Below, piece by piece: positions 14,068 to 29,276 of a DNA stretch of 64,000 bases. Numbering within the stretch: position 1 is the stretch's first letter; each line of letters opens with the position of its first letter. The translations under genes and the position numbers were made by a program. The DNA lies in the NCBI GenBank assembly GCA_964023285.1, contig CAXIEN010000093.1:2247739-2311738 (forward strand), in the 5' to 3' direction. The notes under the pieces are model-generated. The model saw only the letters and a list, made by a program, of their open reading frames with translations. It was not told the origin of the DNA and searched no databases. The DNA is from Larinioides sclopetarius. Lineage: Eukaryota.

Positions 14068-14690
14068 AAATATTTAGTTCATTCTAAATCATTGAGTAGG
14101 AGCCGAGTGGTTAAAAAAAATATTAATTTATTTGCTCATTTTTAGAGCGTCAAAAGTTGCATCTTCCCACATTGGTTACAAGTATGAAAAAGGGGAGATG
14201 ACTCTCTGCTCACTCCTGATATAGGGAATAAACAGAGGGATTTATACATCATTTGGTTAAAGATGAAGTGAAACATAGGTATTTTTAGCACACGTGTAGA
14301 CAAAAAGGGATTAAAGTTTGACCTTGCCACGTGGAGACAAGCAGCTTAATAATGGATTCTTTAAATAATAAATAGAGTAAAATATATGATTAGGAATAAC
14401 TTCAGCGCTGGAAAGAAACGAAATAATAAATATGGAAAATGAATTAAAATTTAGGATTTAAAATAGAATTATATATATATGCGGTTTATTACATATATAT
14501 ATACTAAATACTATACTAATACTATACTAAATCGCTGTGTCGAGAGTTTGCTAGGATTCGCATGCTCCATTTTTTCGCCTGATCCTCGTGCGAGGAAGTC
14601 GCACATTTCTTATTCTCATAATGTCGTAATAAATAAATAACTTTGATTAGAATACTCTTGGCTAATCCTTCTGTATAATGATTACATAAA

Positions 14691-14696
<6 letters not shown>

Positions 14697-14740
<44 letters not shown>
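14697..14740. repeat. (TA)n microsatellite
   Basis: Direct reading. Confidence 0.9.
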
Positions 14741-14743
<3 letters not shown>

Positions 14744-17699
14744 ATAAAGAACGAGAATTTTCACATCTTTTATGTTGAGAAATCCAATGAAGAGGCAATC
14801 TTGAAAATGAAGAAGCAGTTTATTGAGTTATAATAAAAGTTATATTATTATAGTTAATATCGAACCATGCTTAAAATATTAATCACCGGTGAGGTTTTAG
14901 ATGAAAGAAAAGTAAGTTCGCCAAACGGTGGCGTCTGGTATAAAGGCTACATTGTAACGAAAGAGAACGAAATGGCGCCTGACAGACGTATTTATGCTGA
15001 GCAAGGGGGAATCCCTGGAAGTTGGTTGAATCCGGATCTCTTACAGTTATGATGGCAGTTAATGATATACTAGAGCTGGGATAGACGTAATTTTATGAAT
15101 AGTTTTAAAAAACGTTAAATAAAAAATGGGATATCATTATATATATAAGTCTTATCAACGTCCGGCTTCCAGAACAGATTCTACGTATTTCTAAGCAGCA
15201 TAACTGCCACCCTGAGCATAAAATATCTACTGTAATAATTTCATATTTTTCACCTATTTTTTGTAAACTGCTGATATGTGAAAAAAAAATTGGTGTTTCA
15301 AGCACGATTCGCAACCTATCTGTAGAGATTAGGAGTGTAAAATGATGAATTATGTTATTAAATCAATTTTCCGAATGGAATTTATTATTTTTCATTTCGA
15401 GTTGATATAACTTGTACAGAAGGACAGCAAAATGAAAGTTCTGCCTTCAACGTTTATAATCCTATACCCTCCTGAACATTAAACAGATTTTGATAGCTGA
15501 TTTAAATCTAACTTCTTTTAAGCTAATTAGTCAATCCTGTATTAAAATAAAACCTCGAATCTGTACTATTTCATGTTCAGTTAGATAATTTACACCTGGC
15601 ATTATTACATTGGTAACAAATATTACAATAGAAATATCAAAATATTTGACGAAATTTAATAATTAAAAACGACAGTAATCAATTATTATTTTATGTATAA
15701 ATATCTTAAATTTGTGGAAGCAGCTTTAAAGTTTTTGCTTCTTCTGAATATAACACATGTATTAGCCCTTTTGTTCAATTTCACTATCTTCATGTTTATA
15801 GAAATTTGTAATAGACTTTTTACTCACTTTCTATTGAGTTATACTATTAAATCATGTACATTTATGAATTCTAAATGACAATGCATTATTTTAATTTTTC
15901 TGAACTTAATTACCAGTTAACTGATTTAATTAATTAAATTTTGACTTCATATGGTGGTGCCATCTGGTAGAGAGTTTCAAAAACTATATTTCAAGTTTTC
16001 ATATAATTTATAATAATAACTCATAAGTTATATATAATCGCGAAAAAGTAGAAAAAATATTTTTTTAAAATTTTCCTTTCTACATGACTAATGACTTATT
16101 CTTAAAATCATTTCTATGACATATTTATATTCATAAAAATAAATTCTGAGATTTATTTATCTCACTTTTTACTAGCATTATAACTAAACGATAATATTGT
16201 ATTTCGCAATTTTTATCTTTCAATTTTAAATTTCTCAAGAAACACAAAATTCTTTGCTGATTCAAAAGCTTCTACACGCTGTGCAAATAAAGTGAAGCGA
16301 AAAAGTTTCTTAATGGCGAGAGAGAGAGAAAATAAATGATAGCCTTTGCTTCTGTCAAGGTAAAATATTTGCACATTTGTACCAGAGTTCATACAACAAC
16401 TGACATAAAAGCACAGGGTAAAGATGCTTCAAAACTAATTCTAAAGTAAATGGAAATATATTTGTATTAATATGTGTGTGTATCTTCAAAAGATTAAAAA
16501 ATACATAAGTTGATACTTTTTGCTGTTTTAAATTTAATATCTAAAACATATTGTAAATATTATGACAACAAAAAACGAAGAAATTAAGACGATTTTCCAG
16601 ATTTTTTATCTTGTATGATGATATAGAAAGAAGGTGCTTTAATCATATATCAATAAATTAACTTTTTATCAACAGTTTGCTTTAATTTATGCTTACAAAT
16701 ATTTTTTGCAAACTTTTTCCGTCTAATTTATTCCTTAGAAATCTTTTGTTTGCATTGGAATAAGAAGCGTAATAATTGAATTTCATGAGATTTTTTTGTT
16801 TTGTTTTTGTTATCTTGCTCTTCTACTGAAAAAATATATATAAAATAAGAATGTCTAGACAGTATCATATGATTCTCAAACTATTTCCATAAGATCCTCC
16901 TACTTATAAAATTGGTACTTTTTGAAAGATCCGTGGATAAACTCACAAAAGGTGATTCATGATGTTTTTGAAAAATCTCCGAGCTCATAATTCCACTTCT
17001 GCATAAATTTATACTTAATTCGCTCTTAATATTCAAATAACTATACTCTATTATAGAATATGCAGATAAAGATTATCTTGTAAATCCAAATGCTAAAAAG
17101 CTTAAACTATTCTTTAACATGGCAATCCCATTACTTTACGATAATCCACGAGATTGGTTTAAAATAATCGTTACCATTAATAAAACTTATACAAAAATTG
17201 GTTTCAACAGTGAAACGGTGCTTATCTGAATAAGAAAATTATTTTTTAAGTTGTTATTTGGCAAAAATTATTTCTTTTAGTTATAAACATAGTGTGGGAA
17301 AAAATCATTTTAATTCCTAGATCTAAGAATTAATTTAACCTCCTAATTAGTTGACACACTGTTTTTGGGGACATTTATTGTTATTTCCGTCCATAAAGGA
17401 AGCATCTGATATATTAATACTTGAACATGTGATTTCAGTCTTTTAAACTAATTTTAACATTCATTAAATTATTAATTAAAGTTTCAAAAACGCAACATTA
17501 CGACGCACGCACCAAATACGTGTTTATGTATAAGTCGATTACTTTCCAAAATGTAATTTCTGTGCCATTTTAGAAAAAGATTGATAGATTAAATAAACGT
17601 CCAGTCTCGAGGCTATATTTTTCTATCATGAACAGACCCAGTTATTTTCAACCCTTATAAGGACATATTTCCCCTGTGGGAAATCATAGTGGTGGTACT

Positions 17700-19205
17700 A
17701 CAAAATAACTAGTATGATGGAGCCATCACAAAACTTTCTTCTATATGATTACTTAATTGAGATGCATCAAGAGTCTATAAATATAATGCTTATTTTTATC
17801 CAAAACATATTTTTAGACTTTATGAAACTTTTTCTTATATTTTAAGCACCGGTGAAGCTATGCTTTATGATAGAAACAGATAAATGCTTACAACAAAAAT
17901 TTTTAAAAAGCATACCGGAGCTTCATGTTGAGATACATGTATGAAAACTGAAAAGAAATAACTTCATATTGTATACATTTTGTGTATTAAATTATATGCA
18001 ATTTCAAAAAATAGAAACCGAGAAATACTCATCACAAAAATTGCAAAATTTCAAAAAAAAAAATTACGAAAAAAACGGAATAACAGCGTCATCTGTTGAT
18101 CGATATGCACCAAACTCTAATCGACTTCAATTTATGATAGTGTTAAACTAAATGCAAGATTTCATGAAGTTATGACCATTAGTATTTTCTCCAGAGCGAT
18201 CACAATATGTCGAAAAAAATTGGGAATAAAGTGGAATAACAGCGCCACCTATACAGAGATCTACACCAAAGTCTAATCAGTGTTAATTTCTGTTATGATG
18301 CTACGAAATATAAAATTTTATAAAATTCTGTCAATAAAAGTTTTTGTTCTAGAGCGGATACAAAATTTCTCAAAATTCGTTTTAAAAAAACGGAATAGCG
18401 GCGCCATTTGTTGAGAAATTTGCACCAAAATCTAATCAGCACCAATTTATGCTAAGATGTATTTAAATATAAACTTTCATGAAATTATGTCCATTGCTTT
18501 TTCCTCAAGTTCGGCCACAAATTTGTGTCGCATTCAGACACACAGACAGACATTTTCTAAAAAATAGTCAATTCGTGTTCAGGACCTCCCAAAACGTGTA
18601 AATCCATAAAAAAAAACGGAAGTCGAAAATTTTCGCAATTCTAATACTTTCTTCTTATATCTATATATATATATAGAAGAAAGTAAAAATATAACTAGTA
18701 TGATGTGGCCATCTCAAATAATTATATGTTTGAAACCGAGATATACTAAAAACAAATATTGAAAAATTATGAAAAAATTAAAATATCAGCGCCACCTGTC
18801 AAGCGATTTGCACAAAACTTTTATCAACATTAATTTAAGTCAAGACATAAACTAAGTATTAAATTTCATGAAATTTTTCTGATTAGTTTTTGATGTAGAG
18901 TGGATACAAAAAACCGGGAAAAAACAGAATAGTAGCGCCACCTGTTGAGAGATCTACTCCCAAATCTGCTCAGCACCAATTTATGTTAAAATACAACTAA
19001 ATATGAAATTTCATAAAATTCTGTTTAGTAGTTTTTTCGCTAGCACGCCCATAAAATTTAGGTTACACACAGCACACAGACAGACAGACATTTTCTAAAA
19101 ATACTAAAATAGTGTTCAGGACTCCCCAAAACCTGTAAATCCATCAAAAAACGGAGGTCGAAAATTTTCGCGATTCCAATACTTTCTTCTTATAGAAGAA
19201 AGTAA
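17700..19205 (+). mobile_element. Cluster of family-F1 non-autonomous elements (SINE/MITE-like, about 510-650 bp): a partial 5' end at about 17700-17770, a degenerate copy at about 18030-18680 and an intact copy at about 18688-19205
   Basis: Each copy starts 'actagtatgatgtggccatc(a/t)caaa...' and contains two internal sub-repeats carrying 'acggaatagcagcgccacctgttgagcgatctac...aatctaatcagcaccaatttatg...atatgaaatttcat'. Each ends with (GACA)n and the palindromic tail '...cggaggtcgaaaattttcgcgattccaatactttcttcttatagaagaaagtaa'. The 18.6 kb copy has an (AT)n insertion inside the terminal palindrome. Confidence 0.75.
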
Positions 19206-22200
19206 CAAAGGTATGCATTTGTAGGAAATTTTACGCCTTTTAAATTGTTAATTCAATTGCATTTTTCAAATTTATTTTTTAGATGTTCGGGGAAAACTAA
19301 AAATGTGAGTGCTGAAATCCAAGATGCGGCACCAGCTTACCCACACCCCACCCCACCCAGCAAGATCGAGAACTTTCACAATATTCAACAAGAGGCCTTG
19401 GAGAATATTTATTCGAACCAATTTTCAAAACCATATGATTTTTTTTCTTCAAACCCTTGTGTCCGTTTATTGTATTATTAATTAAGATCTTTTACAAACT
19501 TAGCCTTTTTCAGACCAATTATCTCAAAAACTATTAAAGCCTGAGGAAAAATCAAAGTACCTACTCTTTTTCATTTGTCGAATCACATAAAATTTGCATA
19601 ATGAATGGTTTTCGAGATAGTCAAGAAAAACTGAAAAACGAGTAGGAAATCCAAAATGTTGGCAATCTTTGAGACCCATTACATGGAAAATTATTAAAGT
19701 TGGAAGAAGTTTTTTTAAACCCCGCGTTGACTGGACAAAAAGGATTGAAAATTGGGTTAAATTAGCGCAATTACCAAAGAATTAGAGCTGTATAATGTCT
19801 ATTCAATTAAGAAATTTCTCACTTCTATTTTTTTTTAAGTTGCCCACATTATACGTGATTTGTTCATGTTTATTTTGAAATTCAATAGTGCAATAACTGT
19901 ATTCAAAGTATTTTACATTGATTAATAATTAAAACTGCTTATTTCTTAATTGAAATCATTATTTTAAAGATTATTGAATATTAAATGTAATTATTATCAC
20001 TTTATTGTTGAAAACACTTACTGTTCAATTATTAATTATGCCTTATTCATTAAAATTGATAAATATTAAATCTTTACTGCCAGGTTCATATAAAAAGTTG
20101 TCGTTTTCTCTTGCCCATTTCTGTTCAATTTGCTTTTAGAGTCAAATTTTCTTAACTCGATTTTTTGGATAAATTGATTTTTTGTTGTTTTCCCGTCAAT
20201 TCGAAGCAACAAAGTTAAGGCGAATTTTGTATTTTGAAGAGTTATATTTTCATTTCCACAATTAATCAGCCTGAAATTAATCCCTGAAGAGTTACTTAGC
20301 AGGAATCAATTATTGTTCAATCGCCATCTTCAACTAGAAAAAATATTATCTTAAAATTTGTTACCCATATCACGGGATATGATCCCCAAGACTTCAGGGT
20401 ATTTAGCTGCCGCAAAATCGAATAGGAAGTTTAGCATGGCATGATACTTTGATATTTAGCTGGGATCAGTTGCAAGTGAAAGTATTTATTCGAGCGAAAA
20501 GATGAAGACGTCATATTTTTAAAGTCAATTTGACCGTACTTTTGGAACAATTAATCATTAGTTTTACTTCGATAGCCTTAAATCTCGATCGATTAGAAGT
20601 TTGCGCTGTGGTCGCCTAGACATAACATGTTTCATAATGTTATATCCAAGTTAAAAATTCACAAAGATCTTAATTTCCTTTTTCAAAATAGTTTCATTAA
20701 ATGTAAACAGATGAAGTATTTAATCGAGTTTCGTTTAAATAATTAAACTCATTTTATATTTACATTGCTATTTCGTTCCTTATGTTTGAAAGTATGTTTA
20801 TAATTAACTGAAATCAGGAGGGTTTTTAATGGTCTTGTTGATGGAATTGAAATGTAGTTTAACTTTGAGCTTCTTTAAATGTTATAAAATTGTGTTTAGA
20901 AATCTGAATAAATGTAATATGTAAGAATAAATTAAAGTAGTAATTATTAAAACATATTTTTATCTCATTTTGGATGCCAATAATCCCATCCTAGAATTCT
21001 GTATTTATATAGCGAAAAACGAAATAAATTGAATACTGAAATTAAATCTAAAAGGGTTATAAAGATCTGTGGGTTTTTTTACACTAAAAAAATCTAAATA
21101 GAAAGGAAAGGTAAAAATTAATGGAAGAAAAGCATATTTTTTTCAATTTTAAATTAATTATTTCCGATACACTTTAAGAAAAATTAACTTTACTTGAATG
21201 CAAGAAATTTTTTTAATAATCTTAAAAAATTAGTGATCTTTTTAAAACTTATATATTGGACTTCTTGTAAAAAGAGATAGCTATTAGTTTTCTTGTGATA
21301 GTGGTGTGCATAGTTAACTGTATTAATATTAATACAGAATAATTAAATCTTCAAAGATTATATGCAATAGCAAAAGTTCTGAATAATTAACGACAAAGAT
21401 GGGAGTAATAACATTATTTTAAAAAAATAATAATCGATACCAAAAGGAACTGAAAATATATCTACGATTAAAATACTTTCAACAGCAAAAAAGCAGATTT
21501 TTTAAAGCCACTGTGTTGCTTAATTTTTTTAGAAAGAGAGATAGTTAATTTTTTGCTTACTAAAATATCAAACTTGGTTCTCCGTTTCGTTCTGATATCG
21601 CACAAGGATTATTGATTTGATTTTGATGATAAGGGAGCAAATAAAAATTGTCGATTTCGATTAGAGGAATTTAAACTATATCGTAATTTTTGAACCTTGA
21701 CACGTTTTGCCCTAACGATATCGTTATGTCAAGAGAATCTCCATTTATTATCTTGTAAATTGCATCCTTTAAACGTAAAGTTGATCTGGCTTAAAATGCG
21801 CTTTTTTTGTGATAGGATTGCTTTTATGATTTGAAAGAAAATCGACTCACGGCATTTATTACACTATTTTTAAGTAGTTGCTAATGCCAAGTTCTGACAC
21901 ATAGCTTATCCAGTGCGACTATGCTGAATTTGTATTTCTAATTGAAGCACTCAAGAGAGGGATCTTAAAAAAAGAAATATTACCATAACATCACTGTTAT
22001 TTCAAAAAGCCGTATACAGAGTATCCTAAAAAGGTACATATCAATATTTATTTCCTTAAAATTGATCCCAAACATATACTGCAATTACAAAGTTTCATCA
22101 AACAAGGCAAGAATTTCTATGAAAATACTTTGACCTTTGAAGCTACTGTAATAAAAAAATTACAAAAATTAAAGTTTCATACCGGCTCTGTAGTGCAGAA

Positions 22201-25200
22201 AAAGTCAACGATTCACTTGCATTCATCTGTTTATATACAAAGTTGCATACTTCTATCTACAACTTGCAGAGATGTAAGAAGGCAAATTTGTTGACTTAGA
22301 TGATGATGAAGAAGTTGTTTCAGATTTATTGACTTAAATCATTTTTCAGTACCTTTTAATGCTGTTTGATCTAGTCTTTTCATATACATTTTAGAGGCAT
22401 TATACAAGTTTCAATAAATTTAAAGGATAGAATCAGGAAACAACAATGTGTTTGTTAACTTTTGTTAAATCTAAAAAAATTGTGAAAATAAGTTAATTGA
22501 AACGTTTACAAAAATATTTCAGCTTGTCAACCTTGATTATTCAAGGAATTAAATACCAGCAAACACTGCTAATTTGCACAAAATCAAGCAGTGCTATAAA
22601 AATATCACTAGTATTCATTTGAAATAGAGTTTTTCAAAAATAGATTTACCTTTAAATAGTCCAAACTATTACTTGGGATTTTCTGATTGTATTTCAGAAA
22701 ATTGCTGTCAATTTTTTCAATGTGAGTGACTTTTAACAACAGAAATTGAATATGTTGAAACCAGCCAAGTTCCCGTTGTGGCAACATGAAAATTAATTCG
22801 AAACCTAAAATAAGCTTATGATTTTTTTAAAGTCAAGAATGCCATGGCTAACATGGGTAACAATAAGAGGGAGGGTAAGAAAACTAGTTGTGTGGCCTAG
22901 AGTCAAACAGGAACATAAGAAAATCCATTTCTAGCTAAGTTCAAAGACAGGAAAGATAGCTATTCGCCTTCATCCATTATGTCACTTTAGTTATAGTCAG
23001 TCAGTCAAGAACCATTGGATGTGTAGCACCTCCTATGTGTGTCTTGCTTTCTCATTTATTTTCTGCCTTTTCTAATTTTTATCTCTTTTCGTTGATCATC
23101 GAACTCCCAGAGTGGAAAAGGAATAAGTATAAAAACGAAAATAAAAATATTTAAATAATTTTTCGTAAATTCTGCAACCGTAAAGGAGGAGTCGTCAGTG
23201 TCTTTCGATAAAACTTCAAAATATTCAAAACACACAATGAGAGAAAATAATTTATATATAATATTCTTATCCGATTTCAGACTATTTTCCTATTTATGTT
23301 AGATTTTATTTTTTCCAATTGCCCTTCGACTCTCTATCAAATCGACAGCTGCAACCATTTGTCAACGAATCTCAGTAACAGCAATAATTTTTTCTCCTCT
23401 TTAGCAGTTCTTTTATCCATAATAATTGGACGATGTACTGCTACATAATTTGAAATTGCCTGTTTCCCTATGTTAAATAAATTTGCATTACTGCAATAAA
23501 CATCTCCATATAAATTTGTTTAAATTAAAAAAAATAACAAGCATGACTCTGCAAGTTTTTGCAGACAGAATCGTGAAGCTTTGTTTATACATAGATGAAG
23601 GTAAGAAAAGCATTTTACTTATTGACATTTTTGCTCAGTAGGGAACATGTAAAGATTTAATTTTCTTAACTTTTTATTTTCAGCTTCCAGAGAATCTAAA
23701 ATATTTTCATATAAATTCCTGCCTTATTTGATGAAACTTTGTAATCGAAGGAATGTGTCTAAGTGCAATTTTAAGGAAATATATGCTTATTCTACCTTTT
23801 CTGGGATACCTTATATAAAAAAAAACATCGCGACATGTGGTATTTTTCAATAATATAAACCAATATGAGAACATATGTAGTAAACCTATATAAATGCTTT
23901 GCTTAAATAAATAGTTTGGGCTAATTTGCGATACACAATATTTTGACATAACAATGACGATAAGACAATAGAGCTGATGATTCTTGGGATTAATCAATTA
24001 TTTATTCGATAAATAATCGAAACCTCGAACACACAGGAATGGCACTATAGAACAAGTCATTCTTGACAGTTGTCCCCATTGAATTGGCCTTTTGATACTA
24101 TATAAGACATCCTGCTCCTTTTTTTTTGGCAGTCTGACAAAGGATAATTTCTATATTTATATTTTTTTTTCTAAATATTTATTTTTAAATCCACCTGAAC
24201 TGTTTTTCTTTGGATTTATTTAATCATATTGTTTGGATATTTTTACAGAAGAAAGTAATTCTGGGTTGATAATCATTAGTAAATTGCTATTTTTATTGCT
24301 ATTGTTCCCATTAAGCAATAGTTTTTTGAGTAGAGATACGCTGTAAACCATATATAGGTGAAAATGATCGAATATTAATTATAGTTTTAGGTTTCCACTC
24401 CAGTATTAACTTTTAACTATATGCATGGCGCATTTAGTCAATGATGGCTGCTGTGCCAAAAAAACCAAACAAGTACTGGCTGGGAAGATAAGCAAGAATT
24501 TCATTGTCTTATCGACATAAATTCGCTGAAATACAGCTTTCGTTTAATATATGCTACTCATTTCATGATGCCAAAGTGCAAAAACTCAACAACTGGTACT
24601 GTTAAGTATATTTTTGTATTATAAGTACTCTTAAGTATATTTTTGTAAATGTCTAAGAAGGAATAATTTTTTACATCCCCTGTTTTGTTCTATATTAACG
24701 ATCTATCGCTGTTTTCTATCTTCTATGATTTTATTTCTTTAATGTTCTTTAATTAACATTCGCAGTACGATGTTTTTACCCCAGTTTGATATTCGGAAAA
24801 AATATAACAACATATAGTTTTCTTATTCTGTTCCTTTTCAAAATATATATTTTTGTTCCTAAATTTTAGCTAGGATGTTTTTAAGAATGCTTTCTTAAAT
24901 TGGAATAAATATTTTTACCTAGATTATCAATGTTTCAGAGAATATCTTTAAAAACTAAATCTTATTTTATTTTCTTAAGGTGTTTATATTTTTGAAAAAA
25001 TGCTTTCATTTCTACAGTCTTATCAAAGATTATTTCAATGCATAATATATTTATACTAACAACTAGTATTCTCCTCTGAATAGACAAATAAAACATCTCC
25101 AGTTATTTCAACAGAAATACAGTTTATAGGAAACTTTGCTACACTAATAAAAGAATCGTGCTCTGCTTTTTTCAATCTCAAAATGTGAAAAACTATGTGA

Positions 25201-27620
25201 TTTAACCCTTTATCTACTGTATTAACTTACGAGCGGCATTTCATTTAAATTTTGTTTTTAATGATAAGTTTTGATGTAGAATAATCCTGAGAAGGAAAAA
25301 AACAATTTTTTAATTAATTAAAATTATTTAATTAGTTTAATTAATAATTATATAAGAAAAAATAATTTCTGCATCCATCCGCAATTTACAATTGGAGCTC
25401 CATCTTCCATTTTCTTTGAATTCTGTAAGAATAAACGACGAAATTGCAAAGAAACAAACGTAATTAAAATGGTACTTTTAGAAGATAAAGTGTATTTAGA
25501 AAATATGTGTGAAATTTATTTTTATATTTGCACAAGAGAATAAACAGAAATACGATACACTTTATTCATAACTTTCATAGGAATGCGATAAATATAAAAC
25601 ATATTTTAGACGAACATTATATGAAATGGAAAACATATTTTATTGTTGTCTTATTGAATTATAGTTATTTTTCTAAATCATCTGGTTAGTTTTTGGAAAC
25701 TAACGTTTGCCCCTAAAAGTTTTGGTACAAAGAGAAATATATATATAATAAAATATCATAAATATCAAAAAAGGAGATAAGTTGATAATGTGGTTTGCGA
25801 ATGACATGCGCATCGTTTTCAAGAGGGATTCCGCATTATTTTATTATTGGCAAATCTTCGTGAATCGCAGCATTTTTGCGCATCTGTTGTATTTGTATAA
25901 TAATATTTTTTTTTTTGGTTTCTCTTTTCCTATATCGGCTTTATTTGAAAGTTGATTATTTATTATTAGTTTTTATTGCTATTTCTATTTTAGTATTTTT
26001 CCATTTTGTCTTTTTTTTATTTACTTACTTATTTTCGAGTGTTTTTTATTTCCTTTATACTTGAATTTATTTCATTTGCTTTCGTATTGTAGAACCGATT
26101 ATCCCGAACATTCGAGACCATCCCCATTCCAGATTTCTGAATTTTCCTGTTTTCTGGATCAGGAAAAACGCAATTTAACGATTTAAGAAAAATTCTAAAT
26201 TTTGTTAATAAACTATAACAAACTTAAAAATGAGATTAAAAAGCAATAAAACATATACCTAAAGTGAATTTAATTTTAAAAAATAGAGTTTATTGCGCTA
26301 AAAACGCTACTTACATGCTGCTTAGGAATCTCGAACTTCGGTAATAAAAAGTGATAGATTTTAAAATGGGGTGAAAAACGGTTTGAAAAACGCAAATGAA
26401 GTTATAATGATTTTAAAAAAATACATTTCATTGTGAAAAAAACTTTATAAAAACAAGTGAAAAGAAAACGAAAAAGGTTTTATAAAAATTGCACTTATTC
26501 TTACTTTTTAAACATTTAATCTATCTTAATCTGAGAGAAAGCAGGTTTCAGACTTAAGAAAAGAACAACTATTAGATTTTGTCCTCAGCCATTCCTTTTC
26601 TTTAATGAACTCTTTCGCTAACTCTATCATAACTTTCATTAGAAACGAAGGACGCAATTTTTCTTTATTCATCACTCTCATGTCCCTTGTCTGGAATTTT
26701 GCTTTAAATAACCATAATCTGTATCCTCTGTAGTAAAAATCTATTTTAAAAGCATATCTTATTTAATTTCATAAATCTATTTTTCCCCTTTCTATTTAGA
26801 TATTGCGCCCCCCCCCGGGGGAGTATGAATAAATCAGATATCGTTTTCTATTCTTTTTTTCCAGAGATTAATCACTTAAAATTAAATAGCTTAACGATAT
26901 CTCTAATTCTAGAGAGTACAGAAAAATATACACCTTTTCAAAAAGTGTCGGAAAAATCGTGGTTTTTAAAAAAAAATTACGGAAAAAAATGCGCTCTGTT
27001 TATATAAAATTAAAAAAATAATTAAAAACGGAAAAGTTCGTCGTTTTGAAAAATGACAGGAAATGTCGCCGATTTTGTTCCGGTTTTCTGGGTTCCGGAT
27101 AAAAGATTCTGTACTGTATATCGATATTCATATAATATAATAGTCAGAAAAGAGTATTTATATAATAATAGTTAGAAAAACAACTGTTTTTCTTTATATA
27201 AATATGCTGATTTCCTTTTTAAAACTACCATTTTTTTGCTTTATTGATTTTGAATACATGCTTTTAACTTTATTCTTATTTTCCTTATTTTATGTATTTT
27301 TTTGAAAATTTTCTGAAAATATATATGGAGAGAATGCACCCCCCCCCCTTGTTCAAAATGTTTGTGTTTTTTCTTTTCCATTGTTAAAAATAAAAAATAT
27401 GAATTAAAAGAAGCCTTTATCAAATTAAACAAATTAATAAAATATATATAAGTATAGATAGTATATTAAAACTGTTAACAGTCAGTAAAAAACACTTTTT
27501 GTTTATCATTTCTTACAATGAATAAAAAGAGAAGAGTAGAAGCAATCTAGGTTTAAAAAATTAATGATTAGTGTCCATTTAAGAAGAAATAGTTTTAAAT
27601 ATATTATTATAATAACTGTG

Positions 27621-27720
<100 letters not shown>

Positions 27721-29276
27721 TTGATGAACGTATTGATTTTCTTATAATTCATAAATTAGTTAATCTAATTATACATTACGCAGTTTTCTTAATTTTTAAG
27801 CACATTTATTCAAATCTACATATTTTAGTATAAAAAGAGCAGAAAAACTTATCACGGTTTAATGTTAATCTTAATTTTCTGTTAAAAATAATTTATCTAT
27901 ATAATTGATAAAAATCTATGATTATTTAGTTAAAATTTCTGTGTGTTTTAAAAATTTCAATTTCTATATTTTATTAAACTAATCAAGTTCGATTTTTAAG
28001 TATCAAAAATTTAAGTCATGGGTTAAAATCTGGAGTAAAGGTAGCTAGCTTGTCCATCTGTTTTCTTTATTTCGTTCTCTTTGATAATCTCTTCATCATT
28101 TATTCACTTATGACCAACTTCATAAGTAAATAAAATATGACTTTTAACCTTCAGATATCCAAATATCAGAGGTTTTTTTGTATAAGATGCCAATAAATAA
28201 ATAATGAAATCTAAAAGAATGATTCACGCTTAATTTTTGCCGTCTCTTGGCATTCTCTCATTCAATAACCAGAAAACTGAATCCCTTGGACTGCCTTGGC
28301 ATCTGTCTTTTGAATAACTGTCGCTGCTGAAGCTCGAGTACTGAGGTTTGGCTCCAAGTGGTCTTCATCAGCCACGGCCCAATCCCTCCCGAAGGAGGTA
28401 CGTACTATCAATAGAGAATGTACCCAAGTCCCTCCATCACTTTACACCCCAGGGAAAGCGACACTTATTTTGTAAAAAACAAAAAGAGTTCGTTTACTGT
28501 GGCATGGAAACATGTTCAGGAAAGCTTTCCCAAGTGGCATAAAAAATAAGAAATTTTGAAACCTAGCAGTTTTACAGATTTTAGTCATTACATTATCTGA
28601 ATAATATGGAGATTTTCTATCTGAATTTAGATCTATTGCAAAGTTTTCGGCACAGAGTTGGTTGGAAATTTTATTTGAAAGCTTTATTCAAATTTTATAC
28701 GATATTTTAAGTCAGAATACTTTAAAGTATCTACGCAAAAAAGAAACAATATCTGTAAAACTGTTACGTTTGTCAAAAGAAGCAAAATAAACTTAAGCTG
28801 CGCATTATTTTTTTTCAAAACAAATGTCATTTAATTTCCAAAAGTCACACATAAATAAGTGTAAGAAAAGTAATTTTATACTAAGTTTTTGATGAAAATC
28901 AAACCAACTTCACAACAACTTTCTTAATAATAAATATCTCCAACTTCAGTACAAAGATTTAATAATTGAATAATTTAATTGGTTAATTATGAAAATATTA
29001 AAAATTAGATAAATAAGAAGCGGAAGTGCGTATGATACAAATATGCCTCACTGCTTGTTAAAGGTTTATAATCCGAATAAGAAAGCAAAGGAATTTTCTT
29101 TTCCTTGTATGATGATTATTGTAAAAATTTAAAGATATTCTTAAACCACAAAAGTTATATTTCAAATAAATTCGAAAGATTTGCTCAATCGAATAAAAAA
29201 GGCGAAACATTTTTATGAAGATAAAAAGCAATTAAAAAATATTATGTGAGCTATTTTATATTTTCATGAGAACAAC

